Source: Hyaloraphidium curvatum SAG 235-1
Taxonomy: Eukaryota > Fungi > Monoblepharomycota
Assembly (NCBI GenBank): GCA_025558095.1
Contig: JAIVFI010000007.1
Location: 310,001 to 374,000, forward strand
DNA: 64,000 nucleotides
Direction: 5' to 3'
The translations under genes were made by a program, and so were the position numbers. Shown piece after piece: positions 1 to 13,754 of this stretch (its first letter is position 1; each line of letters opens with the position of its first letter). A model generated the notes under the pieces. It searched no databases, was not told the origin of the DNA, and saw only the letters and a list, made by a program, of their open reading frames with translations.

Positions 1-406
1 CTTGACTTTTGCCTCCTTCTCCTCCTTCGGCTTCTTCTCATCCTTGGACCCAACGTCGTCCTTCCATTTCCGCACAATGTCCTTGCACCGCTCCGATATG
101 GCCTCGTCCACGTCCGGGTTCTTCCGGAGCTTGTTCACAAAGGCCCCGATTTCCGTTTTCTGCGGCCCGGGGAGGCATTCGTGAACCGCGACGCGCTCTC
201 CGACCGCTGATCCGGACCTTGAGCAGATCGGCCGTGGCCTTGACCTCGGCCAGCCTGTCCAGGCAATCCTTGACAAGCTACAGAAGGCACGTCCCGTCAG
301 GCCGCGTGCGTCGGCCAGCCTCGGATCCTCCCACGTTCAGCTCCCCCGGGATGGCTTTCTCGATGTCCCGCTTGATCTGCTCGATGTCCTCCGGCGACAA
401 TGCCAT
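1..406 (-). CDS. TFIIS N-terminal (TFIIS/Med26) domain protein, probably transcription elongation factor S-II; 5' part only, runs off the window
   Basis: Spliced minus-strand reading from ATG 406: MALSPEDIEQIKRDIEKAIPGELN / LVKDCLDRLAEVKATADLLK / KTEIGAFVNKLRKNPDVDEAISERCKDIVRKWK. This matches the TFIIS-N pattern (T.IG..VN.LRK ... I..KWK). Confidence 0.7.
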
Positions 407-484
407 CGTGGACGCGTTCGGGAGGGCGGGAATGAAGGCAGCGGTCGGCGATCGGGGTCAACATCAAGACAACACATCCTCGCG

Positions 485-2500
485 ATGGACATTCTGCCCG
501 AAGGAGATGCTGGAGGGGCCAATGACAGCGTGCGGGAGGAGCAGATTGTTCCCATGGATGCCGCAGCGGAGGACATTGCCGCGCTCGAGGTGCACGATGA
601 ACAGATGGGAGGCCTAGAAGGGGCAGTTGGAGCACCGTTGCAACCCGGCCCACTTGAAGGCTCTTCGGACGAGAAGGCGGAGATAGCACGGTCTGAAGAG
701 GGACACGTGGAGGTCAGCACCTCGGTTGAAGCCCCGATGGAAGCTGCTGCCGCGGGAACGGACGAGTTTGTCATCTCTTCTTCTACCCGAGTGGTCCTCG
801 GCGCAGATGGTCTTGGCGGCGACGCTGGGGCCGAAGAAGGGTTCGTTTCGATAGCCGAGGACGACGAGGCGCCTGCTCCGTTGTTCGCTATCGACACGAC
901 GAAGGAGGAGACAAATCTAGCTCTGTCGTACCGCAAAGCTTCCGAGGAGGACGATCTTGTCGTGCAGCCTGAGCGACAGGGAACAGCCGACGTGGCGGAA
1001 GAGCCGCCAGCGTCTCCCTCGAGGAGTTCCAGCAGCGACTCTAGCTCAGAGTCGGAGTCTGAATCGGCGGGAGGAGGCGAGCCCGAGACGATGCCGGATT
1101 CAGACTACGATTCGCAAGCGGAAAGCAGCGACGATGACGAACTGCTCCCGTCCATCCGCATGACTCTCGAGGAGCGGGAAAAGCTGCTGGTTGCCATGGA
1201 GTCTATGGAAGAGGACGACGATGGCAGCGGCAAGCCCGTTGTCGGAGTTCCGTTCACAAAGAACGAGCTGCTGGTCGGTTTCAATCAACGTTATCGGGCT
1301 CCTTCTGTGCCTAACCGTTTGCTTCCTAGGATCTGCCGCCGGTGGAGCCTCTTCCGATCAAGGAGGTGCCGCCAGACATGTCTCTGGAAGAGATCGGCGC
1401 CGTCCACTCGATCGTCAAGGAGGTCGTGATAGTTGAAGCAAAAGTGTCCGGGGATTACCAAGTTCTGGACATGGACAGCGTGCTCTGCTTCGAAGACCGC
1501 GAGATCCTCGGGAAGGTTAGCCAGGCCCCAGCTTTTGCTCCGATCGAGTTTACATTCTCGACGTACCCAGGTTTTCGACACTTTTGGCCCCGTTGCGCGT
1601 CCCATGTACATGATTCGCTTCAACAGCGTCGAAGATGTCGACCTGGAGAAGGTGGTGGTCGGGAAGCCCGTGTTCTACGCCGCCGACATGGCGCATTTCG
1701 TCTTCACCAAGGCTCTGAAGGCCCAGAAGGGGTCGGACGCTTCCAACAAGTTCGACGAGGAGCCCGACGAGGACGAGCGCGAGTTTTCGGACGACGAGGA
1801 GGAGGCGGAGTACCGGAGGCAGCAGAAGGCAAAGAAGCGCGGCGGCAGCGCGGGCTCGCACCTGCAAAGGGACGATCAAAGACCCGCCGTGGAGGACGAT
1901 GCCGAGGGCATGCTTTCGCGGGGTGATCGTGGCGGGCGAGGCAGAGGTCGCGGCGGCAGGGGACGTGGATTCAACCCCGACCGAGGAGGGCGCCCGATCG
2001 CGCAGCCGAGGTCGCGCTTGGGCAACGGCTACCATCAGGGAGGGCAGGCGCAACCTGCTTACTACGGAGAGCAAGCTCATTCGGCGGGCCAGAGCTCCTG
2101 GCCGCAGCAGGGCGGTTGGCAGCAGGGACAGCAGAGCTACGGCGGGTCGCAGTACCCCAACCACCAGGAGGCGAATCCGGGTAGCGCGCTGCAGAACATT
2201 CTCTCCGCTGCCATGTTTCCTCAGCCCGGCCAAAGCTACCAGGGCTACGGGGGACAAGGGTCGGGCTACCAGCAACCATACTATGGACAGCAGTACTCCG
2301 GCGGCAATGGTGGATACTACGACCAGGCTTCTCAGTACGGCCAGCAGGGATATGGCGGCGAAGGCCAGTTCTACGGACCCGCGACTGGGCAGCAGAACCC
2401 ATTCATGTACGGAATGGAGGGTTATGGCCAGGGCGGGCAAGGCGGCGGCGGGGGTTCGTACCGCGGCGGGTATCGTGGAAGAGGGCGCGGTGGAACCTGA
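485..2500 (+). CDS. NAF1: H/ACA RNP assembly factor Naf1 (Gar1/Naf1 domain)
   Basis: Acidic N-terminus; core TKNEL / LDMDSVLCFEDREILGK / VFDTFGPVARPMYMIRF...KGSDASNKFDEEPDEDEREFSDDEEE; RGG and Q/Y/G-rich tail; introns at about 1273-1330 and 1516-1570. Confidence 0.85.
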
Positions 2501-2634
2501 TAGGTTGGATCGTGATGAATGGATGACGCCTCAGAGGTCGCTGCACAGGGCGAGGGGAAAGGGGGGGAGAGGGAGTTCCACCCATCAACCCAAATCTCCG
2601 GTGACGCGTCGCCGGCGGCCCTCGTGCTGCCGAC

Positions 2635-5359
<2,725 letters not shown>

Positions 5360-5443
5360 TACGAGCGTAATGCACTGCAAACGTCAATGGATTGAAAAAG
5401 CAGATCTCCAGCTTGGGTATCGCAGGTCCAACATGGTAATGCT

Positions 5444-6284
5444 CTACACGATAGGAGCATCTGGCAGCCTTTCAATGGCATACTGCAGAACGCAAGTCAG
5501 TCACGAGGGAATCCGCTTACGAGCGAGCGAACCCACCCTGTGTCCCGCTATCGTCATGATCGGTATGCCCGGAAGCTTGCGTATCCGCCGCTTCAGGTCC
5601 TTGTCGCACGTCGCGACAATGTAGCATTTGTGCTGGGTGACGCGGTTCACGAGGCAATCATCGGCGTAGGTGCCCTTGTGGCTACACGGGAGCCGTTCGA
5701 AGCGGGGATCCCTGGCCATTTGCAGTGCGATCCGGTACTTGGGCCCGAGCTTCTCAAGTTCGGCTATTACGCACTCCGTGACACACGGTGTGCCTGGGGC
5801 GCTTGGATCAGCAACGACGACGTGCCTTGTGAACGAGTCGAACCTCACATTTGGCGAAAAGACAATCCAACATGGCCTTGTGCGGGTCCAGCTTGTTGGA
5901 AATCGAAAAATTGAGAAAATTGGTATCCACGAGAACCTGATACGGCGGCCCGAGCGCCGAGTTGTAGCGGAAGAACATAGAAGATGCCACTTGGGGCCTG
6001 TAGCGGGAACATGCCGACCGCGGGCGGTTCCAGGGGGCGACACTCCGTCAGGGCCGCTCGATACTCCTTCCAAAGGCCGAGCAACACGCACACATGTCGC
6101 ACGGCAGCCTCCTTCTCCTTCTTCTCCTTGTCATCCAGCTTCTTTTGGTTGGCCTTCAGACGGGCGTCGTTGGGGTTCAGCATGCGCTTGACCTCCGCAA
6201 ACTTCCGAGTCTTCTTCGCCTTGCCCTGTCGCTGGAGTTCAAGAGGCCGTCCAGGTCCAGACGGGCCAGCAAATCGCCCACCAT
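5444..6284 (-). CDS. FCF1: rRNA-processing PIN-domain nuclease Fcf1/Utp24
   Basis: [76 protein letters not shown]; multi-exon. Confidence 0.92.
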
Positions 6285-6375
6285 GTTGGCGCCTGTGTGA
6301 CCTTTGGTTGTTGGTGGCGGCAAGCCCTTGTCTTTCGACGGAAACGTTTCCGCGGGATCGGCGTGTCCCCCAACG

Positions 6376-7122
6376 ATGGCCGAGACCGATGGAGCCACGG
6401 CGGCCTCGCCATCGCTTTTGGATCAGCTCTTGTACTCTCCCGTGAAGTGAGCACGTCTTTGGAGCTTTGGCTGGCCGCAGTGGAACAACCCGCTCACCTT
6501 CACTCGCTCCAAGCTGGGTCCTCTGCCTGATCCTCGCGTACCTCCTCTACCACACCTTCCTCGCCCCGAAGAGACCACCGCCGCGCGTTTACGTCCGGCC
6601 GGAGCCCCTTCCGAAGAAGGAGTACACGCCGAAGGAGCTTGCCGAGTTCGACGGGAAGGAGGGGAAGCGGATCCTAATGGCGGTCAGCGGAAACATCTAC
6701 GATGTCACCCTTGGGCGCAACTTCTACGGCCCTGGTGCGGTTGTTGCACGCCGACGTGCTTTACTTGGTGCTGACACGGATCGGGCACAGAGGGACCGTA
6801 CGGCAACTTCGCCGGGCGGGACGCATCCCGCGGCCTCGCCAAGGGATCCTTTGACAGCGACCTTGTGCGGGATCCGTTCACCACGGAAGGGCTGGACGAT
6901 CTGTCGGACCTTACCGCCGACGAGGTCGAGGCGTTGCGGGAATGGGAAGGCCATTTTCATTACAAATATCATCATGCAGGGGTAAGGAGAAGTGTCGGTG
7001 CCTCCTGATTCTACTCGTCTCATCGTCCGTTGCTGCAGTGGCTCGTGGCCAGTGAGGCGGACAAGGGCAAAGTGCCGCGCGAGACAGACGGACAAAAGGA
7101 GGCGTCGGCAAAGTCGGATTAA
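6376..7122 (+). CDS. DAP1: Membrane-associated progesterone receptor / Dap1-like cytochrome b5 heme-steroid binding protein
   Basis: N-terminal TM segment ([12 protein letters not shown]), then [11 protein letters not shown]...[39 protein letters not shown]...[10 protein letters not shown]. Confidence 0.85.
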
Positions 7123-7144
7123 ATCCTTTGTAGCTTCAGTTACA

Positions 7145-8233
7145 TCACGGTCCTCCGCTCGTAACGTCCCCCTCCTTGGCCCACGTTGACCGGTATCGCT
7201 CAGGAATGCGGGCCAGAAGCGAGCCATCCGGAGTCGGCGCAAGCTCCTTCAGCAGTTCGACCAGATCACTTGCATCGGGCACCAACGGCTCCTCCTCCGA
7301 AATCGCCAGACGTTCCACGAGGGCCTCGACGGCGTCCGACTCGCGTTGGAGCGCGCGCAAGGCAAACGCCTGCCGAATGAAGCCCTTGGCCCACTGCGGA
7401 TTGAGAACAACAGCCTTGTCCGCGTCCTGGAGGGCCTCGTTGAGCCGCTTCGGGAACTTGACGTAGCATGCAGAGCGGTTCGAGAAGAAAACGGCCTTTT
7501 CGGCGGCCACGGCATCCTGATCGGGAAAGACTTTGAGGTCCTTCAGCACCGCCAACGCCTTCGTGTAGTGCTTGATGGCTTCGATATAGTCCTTCTTTTT
7601 GAAGGCCTCGTTACCCTTTGCCTTGAGATCCGCGCACTCGGTCCGTGCCCTAGCCTCGTCCTGGACGGGCTCCTTGTCCGACCCCGCCTCCTCCTCCTCG
7701 CCGACCGCGTCTTCGCGCCTTTCAAGCTCCCTGTCAATCCGCATCTCGTCCAACCATGCCGCGATCTCGCCAAAGACCGGCTGGAGGCGCCAGGCGAAGA
7801 AGATGGTTCCGGGGATCCGCGCGTCGCCCGCGCCAGGCATCGGGAAGCACATGGCCCTCTTGAGCGCCAGCACAACGTCCTTTGAGGTCGGCGGACCTTC
7901 CAAGGCCGAAGAGGTCAGAAGCTGGCACGTCGAAGTGTCTAACACGTTGACCACGGCCATCTTTGCCGCTTTCGAAGCGTCGGCCCACGACACGATCCAA
8001 ACTTCGCTGTCTGCACGTTTGAGGGTGGGCAACATCTCATCGAGCCGGGCATCCTGCTTCCGCTTCTGGTCTTCAAAATCGGCAAAGCCAGTCTTGAACT
8101 CGGCGCTCGACGCGATGAGGGCATTGATCCGGTCAAAGTCGTCCAGCGGCACATCGTCCGCAATATTGAACCGCCGTAGGAGAGCGCGGAGCATCTCATC
8201 GTTCTCCACTTTGTCCGGAAGATGGAGGTCCAT
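7145..8233 (-). CDS. TPR-repeat protein with an uncharacterised N-terminal domain
   Basis: 362-aa ORF containing LKAKGNEAFKKKDYIEAIKHYTKAL, FFSNRSACY, ALQDADKAVVLNPQWAKGFIRQA (carboxylate-clamp-type TPR). The start could lie further upstream. Confidence 0.75.
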   Translation of the reverse strand: MDLHLPDKVENDEMLRALLRRFNIADDVPLDDFDRINALIASSAEFKTGFADFEDQKRKQDARLDEMLPTLKRADSEVWIVSWADASKAAKMAVVNVLDTSTCQLLTSSALEGPPTSKDVVLALKRAMCFPMPGAGDARIPGTIFFAWRLQPVFGEIAAWLDEMRIDRELERREDAVGEEEEAGSDKEPVQDEARARTECADLKAKGNEAFKKKDYIEAIKHYTKALAVLKDLKVFPDQDAVAAEKAVFFSNRSACYVKFPKRLNEALQDADKAVVLNPQWAKGFIRQAFALRALQRESDAVEALVERLAISEEEPLVPDASDLVELLKELAPTPDGSLLARIPERYRSTWAKEGDVTSGGP

Positions 8234-9064
8234 ATTCTCAGCAAGGAGAGTGAAGAGAGGACGATGAACGAAGAAAGAGCGGAACAGTGACCGGGAGCGA
8301 GCAGGGAGGGGTCGATAGCCTCGGGTTCAGAGGACAGGAGCAGTTGGTTGGGAGCGGCGCGCTGCTTCCCGCCAGCGGCGTCCACGCCCCTCCCTCGAAT
8401 CCTGAACTCGGCACCTCGCAGCCCATGCTCGCAGAGTCGGGCCTAGACTATTTGACACAAAGAAGAAACGAAGCAAACTGCCTGGGCCCGTTGGGGCTGC
8501 GTGCGGCGCAGTTGCACGGCCTTGTTGCCGCCATCCCTCTTCATCGCCGCTTCTCCGTCGCCGCCATCACCTTCTTTTGCAAGTCTGTGATTGGGATCGA
8601 TGGTTGGGAATGGGATCGAGATCGAGATCGTGTGCTCACCTGGGGTCAATAGGGCAGGAGACCTCGGTGCCGTCTGGTCCCCGGCGCGGGGCAGACTCCA
8701 TCGCGGATTGTCACCTTTACTGTTTGGCACTCGCGATCCGCCTCACCCGGTTGGGGTTCGATCTCTAGCGGTGTGCATGTGGCTTGGCTGGCCACGTGGA
8801 CGACAGTCGAAACCGTATTCCTCGGTGTGTGACCCTTCGTCCGATTCGACACCTTGCCCGCGATCCGAGCCTCCGAGAACGATGTAGCCACTGCCCTCGC
8901 TTTCGATTTAGCTTCCGATTACTGTGCGGCAGACATCCGGGAGTTGGAGTTGCGGGGGGCTGGAGCGCTGTCCTTGCGCACCTTCCGCTGCCGCTCCCGA
9001 AGGACTCCCCCACAACTCCGCAAAACGGCCACCGGGTCCCAATACCAGGAAGCAAGCCGGCACC

Positions 9065-12000
9065 ATGGTGTCGGCGGCGGAGAAGAAGCGGCTCGCGGCC
9101 GTCGAGCGCCAGCGCGCGGCGGCGGCCGGGGTGCCCGCTCCGGTGTGGACTCTGCCGGGGGCCGACGTTGCGGGCTTCTGGAACTCGGGTGGGTTCGTCC
9201 GCGGCCTCGGGGCGGCCGCCGCTTCTAACCGCTCCCGCCCGCGGCACAGACATCGCAAAGGGCCTGGAGCACGCGGAGGCAGAGAAGCGCACGGAGCAGT
9301 GGGGGCACAATGAGCTGTTCGGAGACTCCGGCCCCTCGCTCCTCAAGATACTTGTCGGGAACATTGTCAACGCGATGAATCTCGTCCTCACCATCGCCAT
9401 GATCTTCAGTTTTGTGGTCAAGGACTACGTTGGTCTCCCCTTTGACCCCGGCCGCGTCCACGCGCTGATCTACGCTCCCTTGCCCAGCCCGTGGCCGTCT
9501 CGCTCATCATCGTGATGGTCATCAACTCCGCCGTCGGCTTCTATCAGGAGTACCGGGGCGAAAAGACAATGGAAGCGCTCAAGAGCATGTCGTCGCCGAC
9601 GGCTCGCGTCATGCGGCACCGCGAGGTCGACTCCATCCCGACGAGCCACGTCGTCCCCGGCGACATCGTATACCTTGAGGAGGGGGTAGGTGGCGCATCA
9701 CCAGAGTCGCATGCCGAATCGCTGACAGCCCGATGTCCAGGACATCTGCCCGGCTGACCTCAGGGTGCTCAGCGCCGTCAACCTCGAGATGGACGAAGCT
9801 CTCCTGACGGGCGAGTCCCTGCCCACCTCGAAGCGCGACGACCCGATTTCCGACCTAGAGTTGGGCGTCGGGGATCGCAAGAACATGTACTTTCTCGTCT
9901 TCGAGCGCGTGCAGAGGCCACCCTGACTTCCGCGACCTCTCCAGGTGCTTCATGAACACCATCGTGACCAAGGGCCGGGGACACGGCGTCGTTGTGGCCA
10001 CAGGCCTCTGCACCGAGATCGGCAAGATCGCGCAGAGCCTGACCCAGAGCCCCAAGGATGCCGGACCTCCGCCAGGCATGTCGCGGGCCGTCTGGTGGAT
10101 CTACGGCGTCCTCGGTTGGCGGAACAAGACTCCGCTGCAGGTGAGCCATAGCTACGTGCGTGGACCGGCGGCTTCGTGATGCATGCTCTCCAGGTCACCA
10201 TGGACAAGCTGATGTACGCGCTCCTGCTCGTCGCCATTATCCTCGGCCTCGTCGTCTTCGCCGTCAACGGCATGACCTTTTCCAGCGCGCTCCTCCTCTA
10301 CGCCGTGTCTGTCGGCGTCGCCATCCTTCCCGAGGGCCTCCCTGCGGTCGTTACGGTGACGATGTCCGTCGGCGTGGCGCGGATGGCCAAGCAGAAAGCA
10401 ATCGTGCGGCGGCTGAACGCCCTCGAGGCGCTGGGCCAGGTGACCAACATCTGCTCGGACAAGACGGGCACGCTTACCGAGGGCAAGATGGTGGTGACGC
10501 AGTACTGGGTCGGAGGCAAGGACCACTCGGTCGCCGGCAAGGGGCTGGTGCCGGAGGGCGAGATCATTCGCGAGGGGTCGGTGCAGACCAAGGAGGCGAT
10601 CAAGGAAGATGGGGCGCAGTGTGAGTCCCGGTGTGTCTTCTAGGCGCCGGCGGACGCCTGATGCACTTTTCAATCCCACAGACAAGCTCATGGTCGTCTG
10701 CAAGAAGTGCACCACCTGCGACCTTTTTGTCGACGACGAAACGGGTGCATGGAAGTCAACCGGGGACCCCACCGAGGTCGCCTTGGAGGTGTTAGCCCGC
10801 AAGGGCCTGGCGGAGGACGACGCCTTCGTCAAATCGCTGGAGTTCGTGGCGGAGCAGCCCTTCGACCCCACAATCAAGCGGATGACAGTCGTTTATCTTG
10901 ATCGCGCGAACAAGACGCTCCATTTCCTGTGCAAGGGGGCGCTCGAGAGGGTGCTCGAGGTCAGCAAGTCGTACCTCGACGTGGGCGCCGTCGAGAAGCC
11001 CGTTGATTCGAGTGAGTGGAGACCGCCGTCGGACAGCTGGCATGCGATAACGCGCCATGCCCTCGCTTCTGCTTTGTCGCAGGCTTCGGAGCTACTGCCG
11101 AGAACAAGATGCTGGAGATGGCCGGCGATGCCATGCGCGTGCTGGGCTTCGCTTACCGCACCGAGCGCGTTCCCGACGACGCGAACCTGTCCGATCTCGA
11201 GGATTTTGCCGCAGCGTCGGGAATGCAGGATCGCGAGAAGATGGAGAGGGACTTCGTGTTTCTCGGCGTGGTGGGAATGTACGACCCGCCGCGCAAGGAG
11301 ACTCGACCCGCGGTGCTCATCTGCCGCGATGCCGGCATTACCGTGCACATGGTGAGAGATTGCTTATGATCGCAAGGGGAGCCCGACCAGGATCGCGTCT
11401 TACCAGCAACGCTTCCAACCCCAGGCTACGGGCGATCATCCCAAGACCGCCGAGGCGATCGCCAAGCAGGTCGACATCATCGTTCCGGACGAGAAGAACC
11501 TCGTGCTCCCCGCGAGCAGGTTCGACAAGATGGATGACGCCGAGGTGGATGCGCTGCCTGCGCTCCCGAGCGTTCTCGCGCGGTGCTCCCCGCAAACCAA
11601 GGTCAAGATGGTGCAGGCACTCCACAGGCGCAACAAGTTCGTCGCCATGGTGGGTAGATTTTCGATTGGTCTACGTTCGGCCGCCTCACGTAGATTTGGC
11701 CAGACGGGTGATGGATCCAACGACGCCCCGGCAATCAAGATGTCGGATGTGGGCATTGCTATGGGCTTGGGCGGATCCGAGGTCACCAAGCAGGTCGCAG
11801 CCATCGTCTTGACTGACGGTAGGACGACGGTCCTGTAGCATGTCGCGCTCTGGCCGTGCTCATAGTGTCGCCTCGATCTAGACAACTTCGAGACGATCGT
11901 GAACGCCGTCGCCGAGGGCCGCCGGATCTTCGTCAACATCTCCAAATTCATCGTCCACCTCCTCTCGGGCAACGCGTCCGAGGTGTTGGCCCTCGTGTGC

Positions 12001-12985
12001 GGGCTCGCTTTCAAGGATCGCTTCGGCTACGCCATTTTCCCCATGTCGCCGATCCAGATTCTTTGGCTCAACATGGTCACCTCGAGCCCGATCGCGCTGG
12101 CCTTGGGTCAGGAGAGTGCGGACAAGGACATCATGCTGCGGCCCCCGCGGCAGAAGAACGAGGGTCTCTTCAGCAAGGAAGTGATGTGGGACACGTTCTA
12201 CTGTAGGTCTTCTGCCGATCGAACGCATGCGAGTGCTGGCTCATGCCCCGGCCTGCAGATGGGTTCATCATGGGCACCATGTCGCTCGGGGCCTTTATCG
12301 GGGTCCTGTATGCCGGCATCAACCCGAGCGACGTTGGAGACTGCAACCACGGCCTCACTGAAGACACGTGCATCCCCGTCTTCAAGGCACGCGGCACGGC
12401 CTTCACCATGCTCACGTTCTTCCTCCTCATCCATGGTTTCAACTGCCGCGATGTGCGCAAATCACTCTTTGTGGCCTTGCCTGCATCCAATCTAATAGCT
12501 TCTTCCTCGCCCCTAGGCCCGCCGCTCCATGTTCCGCATGCGGCTCCTGGAGAACAAGCTTCTCTTCTGGATCATTCTCGCTGCTGGAATCGCCACCATC
12601 GCTTCGATCTACATCCCGTTCGTCAACACTGCGTAGGGCCAGCAATTGCTTGCCGGTTTCGATGCGCTGACTCCACGTACTTCGCAGCGTCTTCATGCAG
12701 TACCCGATCACCTGGGAATGGGGCGTCATTGTCGGCGCTCAGTTCATCTTCTTCGCCCTCGCCGAGCTGTACAAGCTATGGAAACGCAAGGCAAAGTACT
12801 GGAACAGCCCTACCGACACGCCGACGGGGGTGCACCTTGGCGAAGGGGACGAGCCAACCCGCGAAGTCGAGGATGAAGGCTACGTGCAGTACAAGCTTCG
12901 CGAGGAGTCGTCGTCGAGCGTGGGAATGGAGATGCAGGAGGCCGGGCTGACCAAACTCGCCACGGCTGCCCCTGGTAACGCCTGA
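9065..12985 (+). CDS. P-type ATPase, ENA-type (P2D) Na+/K+ efflux pump
   Basis: Motifs [58 protein letters not shown] and [14 protein letters not shown] (ENA-like M6); about 10 introns. Confidence 0.85.
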
Positions 12986-13110
12986 CAGGCCTAGACGACT
13001 TGGTCTTGGAACTCTTCTGAGCTCTGAACACGTGAGATCCTGCACCTGCTTTCAACACTAGATGCTTTCAACATTAGACTTCCAAACAAACGACCCGATT
13101 CACTTGAAAA

Positions 13111-13561
13111 CTACTCGGCTATGCAGTAGTACTTCCTTGTCGTCTCTAGCACGTCCCATCGTCCACTCCAGCCTTTGGGCAGCACGAAGCAGTCTCCCTT
13201 CCCAAACTCTGGGCAGATCACAGGCGATCGAGGTCAGGTATAGCTCCACTTCATCTAGCACACGGGGAGGCATCGCACCTTGCTCCCCGACGCCGTCCGT
13301 AGTGATCCTCACGCGCCCTTCCAGCAGGTATACACACTCCGTGTCCTGTCGGTTCTTGATGTGCCAACCCCCGGGCTGGCACTCCCAAATCCCCGCCTTC
13401 ACGCCATCCTGTCCGGCGTGAATCGGAATCGCAGAGGTCTGCGGGTTTCCCGTGTCGTATCCGGGACGCAGGCCGGTGGGAGGCAGCGGGCCTGCTACCG
13501 CGGATGCGGGGAGGGAGGAGAGCAGGATTGGGGAGCTGCCGGCGGAAGCTGCCGGGGACAT
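13111..13561 (-). CDS. Small cupin (DUF861/EutQ-like, cupin_3), about 126 aa
   Basis: GIWECQPGGW...ECVYLLEGRVRIT; after an intron at 13209-13278 it reads EFGKGDCFVLPKGWSGRWDVLETTRKYY. Confidence 0.8.
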
Positions 13562-13754
13562 GGCTGGGGAGCTCGAGACAGGAGCGTTGGCGACGACGAA
13601 TGGTTTGGAGCACGCGCTAGAGACACGTGGTGTTGGGAGACAGCGGGGACCTCGCTCCCGCCTACACTTCTCTCGCTCCCACCACGTTCCTTCGTTCGCA
13701 CCACGTTCACACTACCCTTGCCTTGCTCTTCCCGGCACCACCACACAACCCAGC

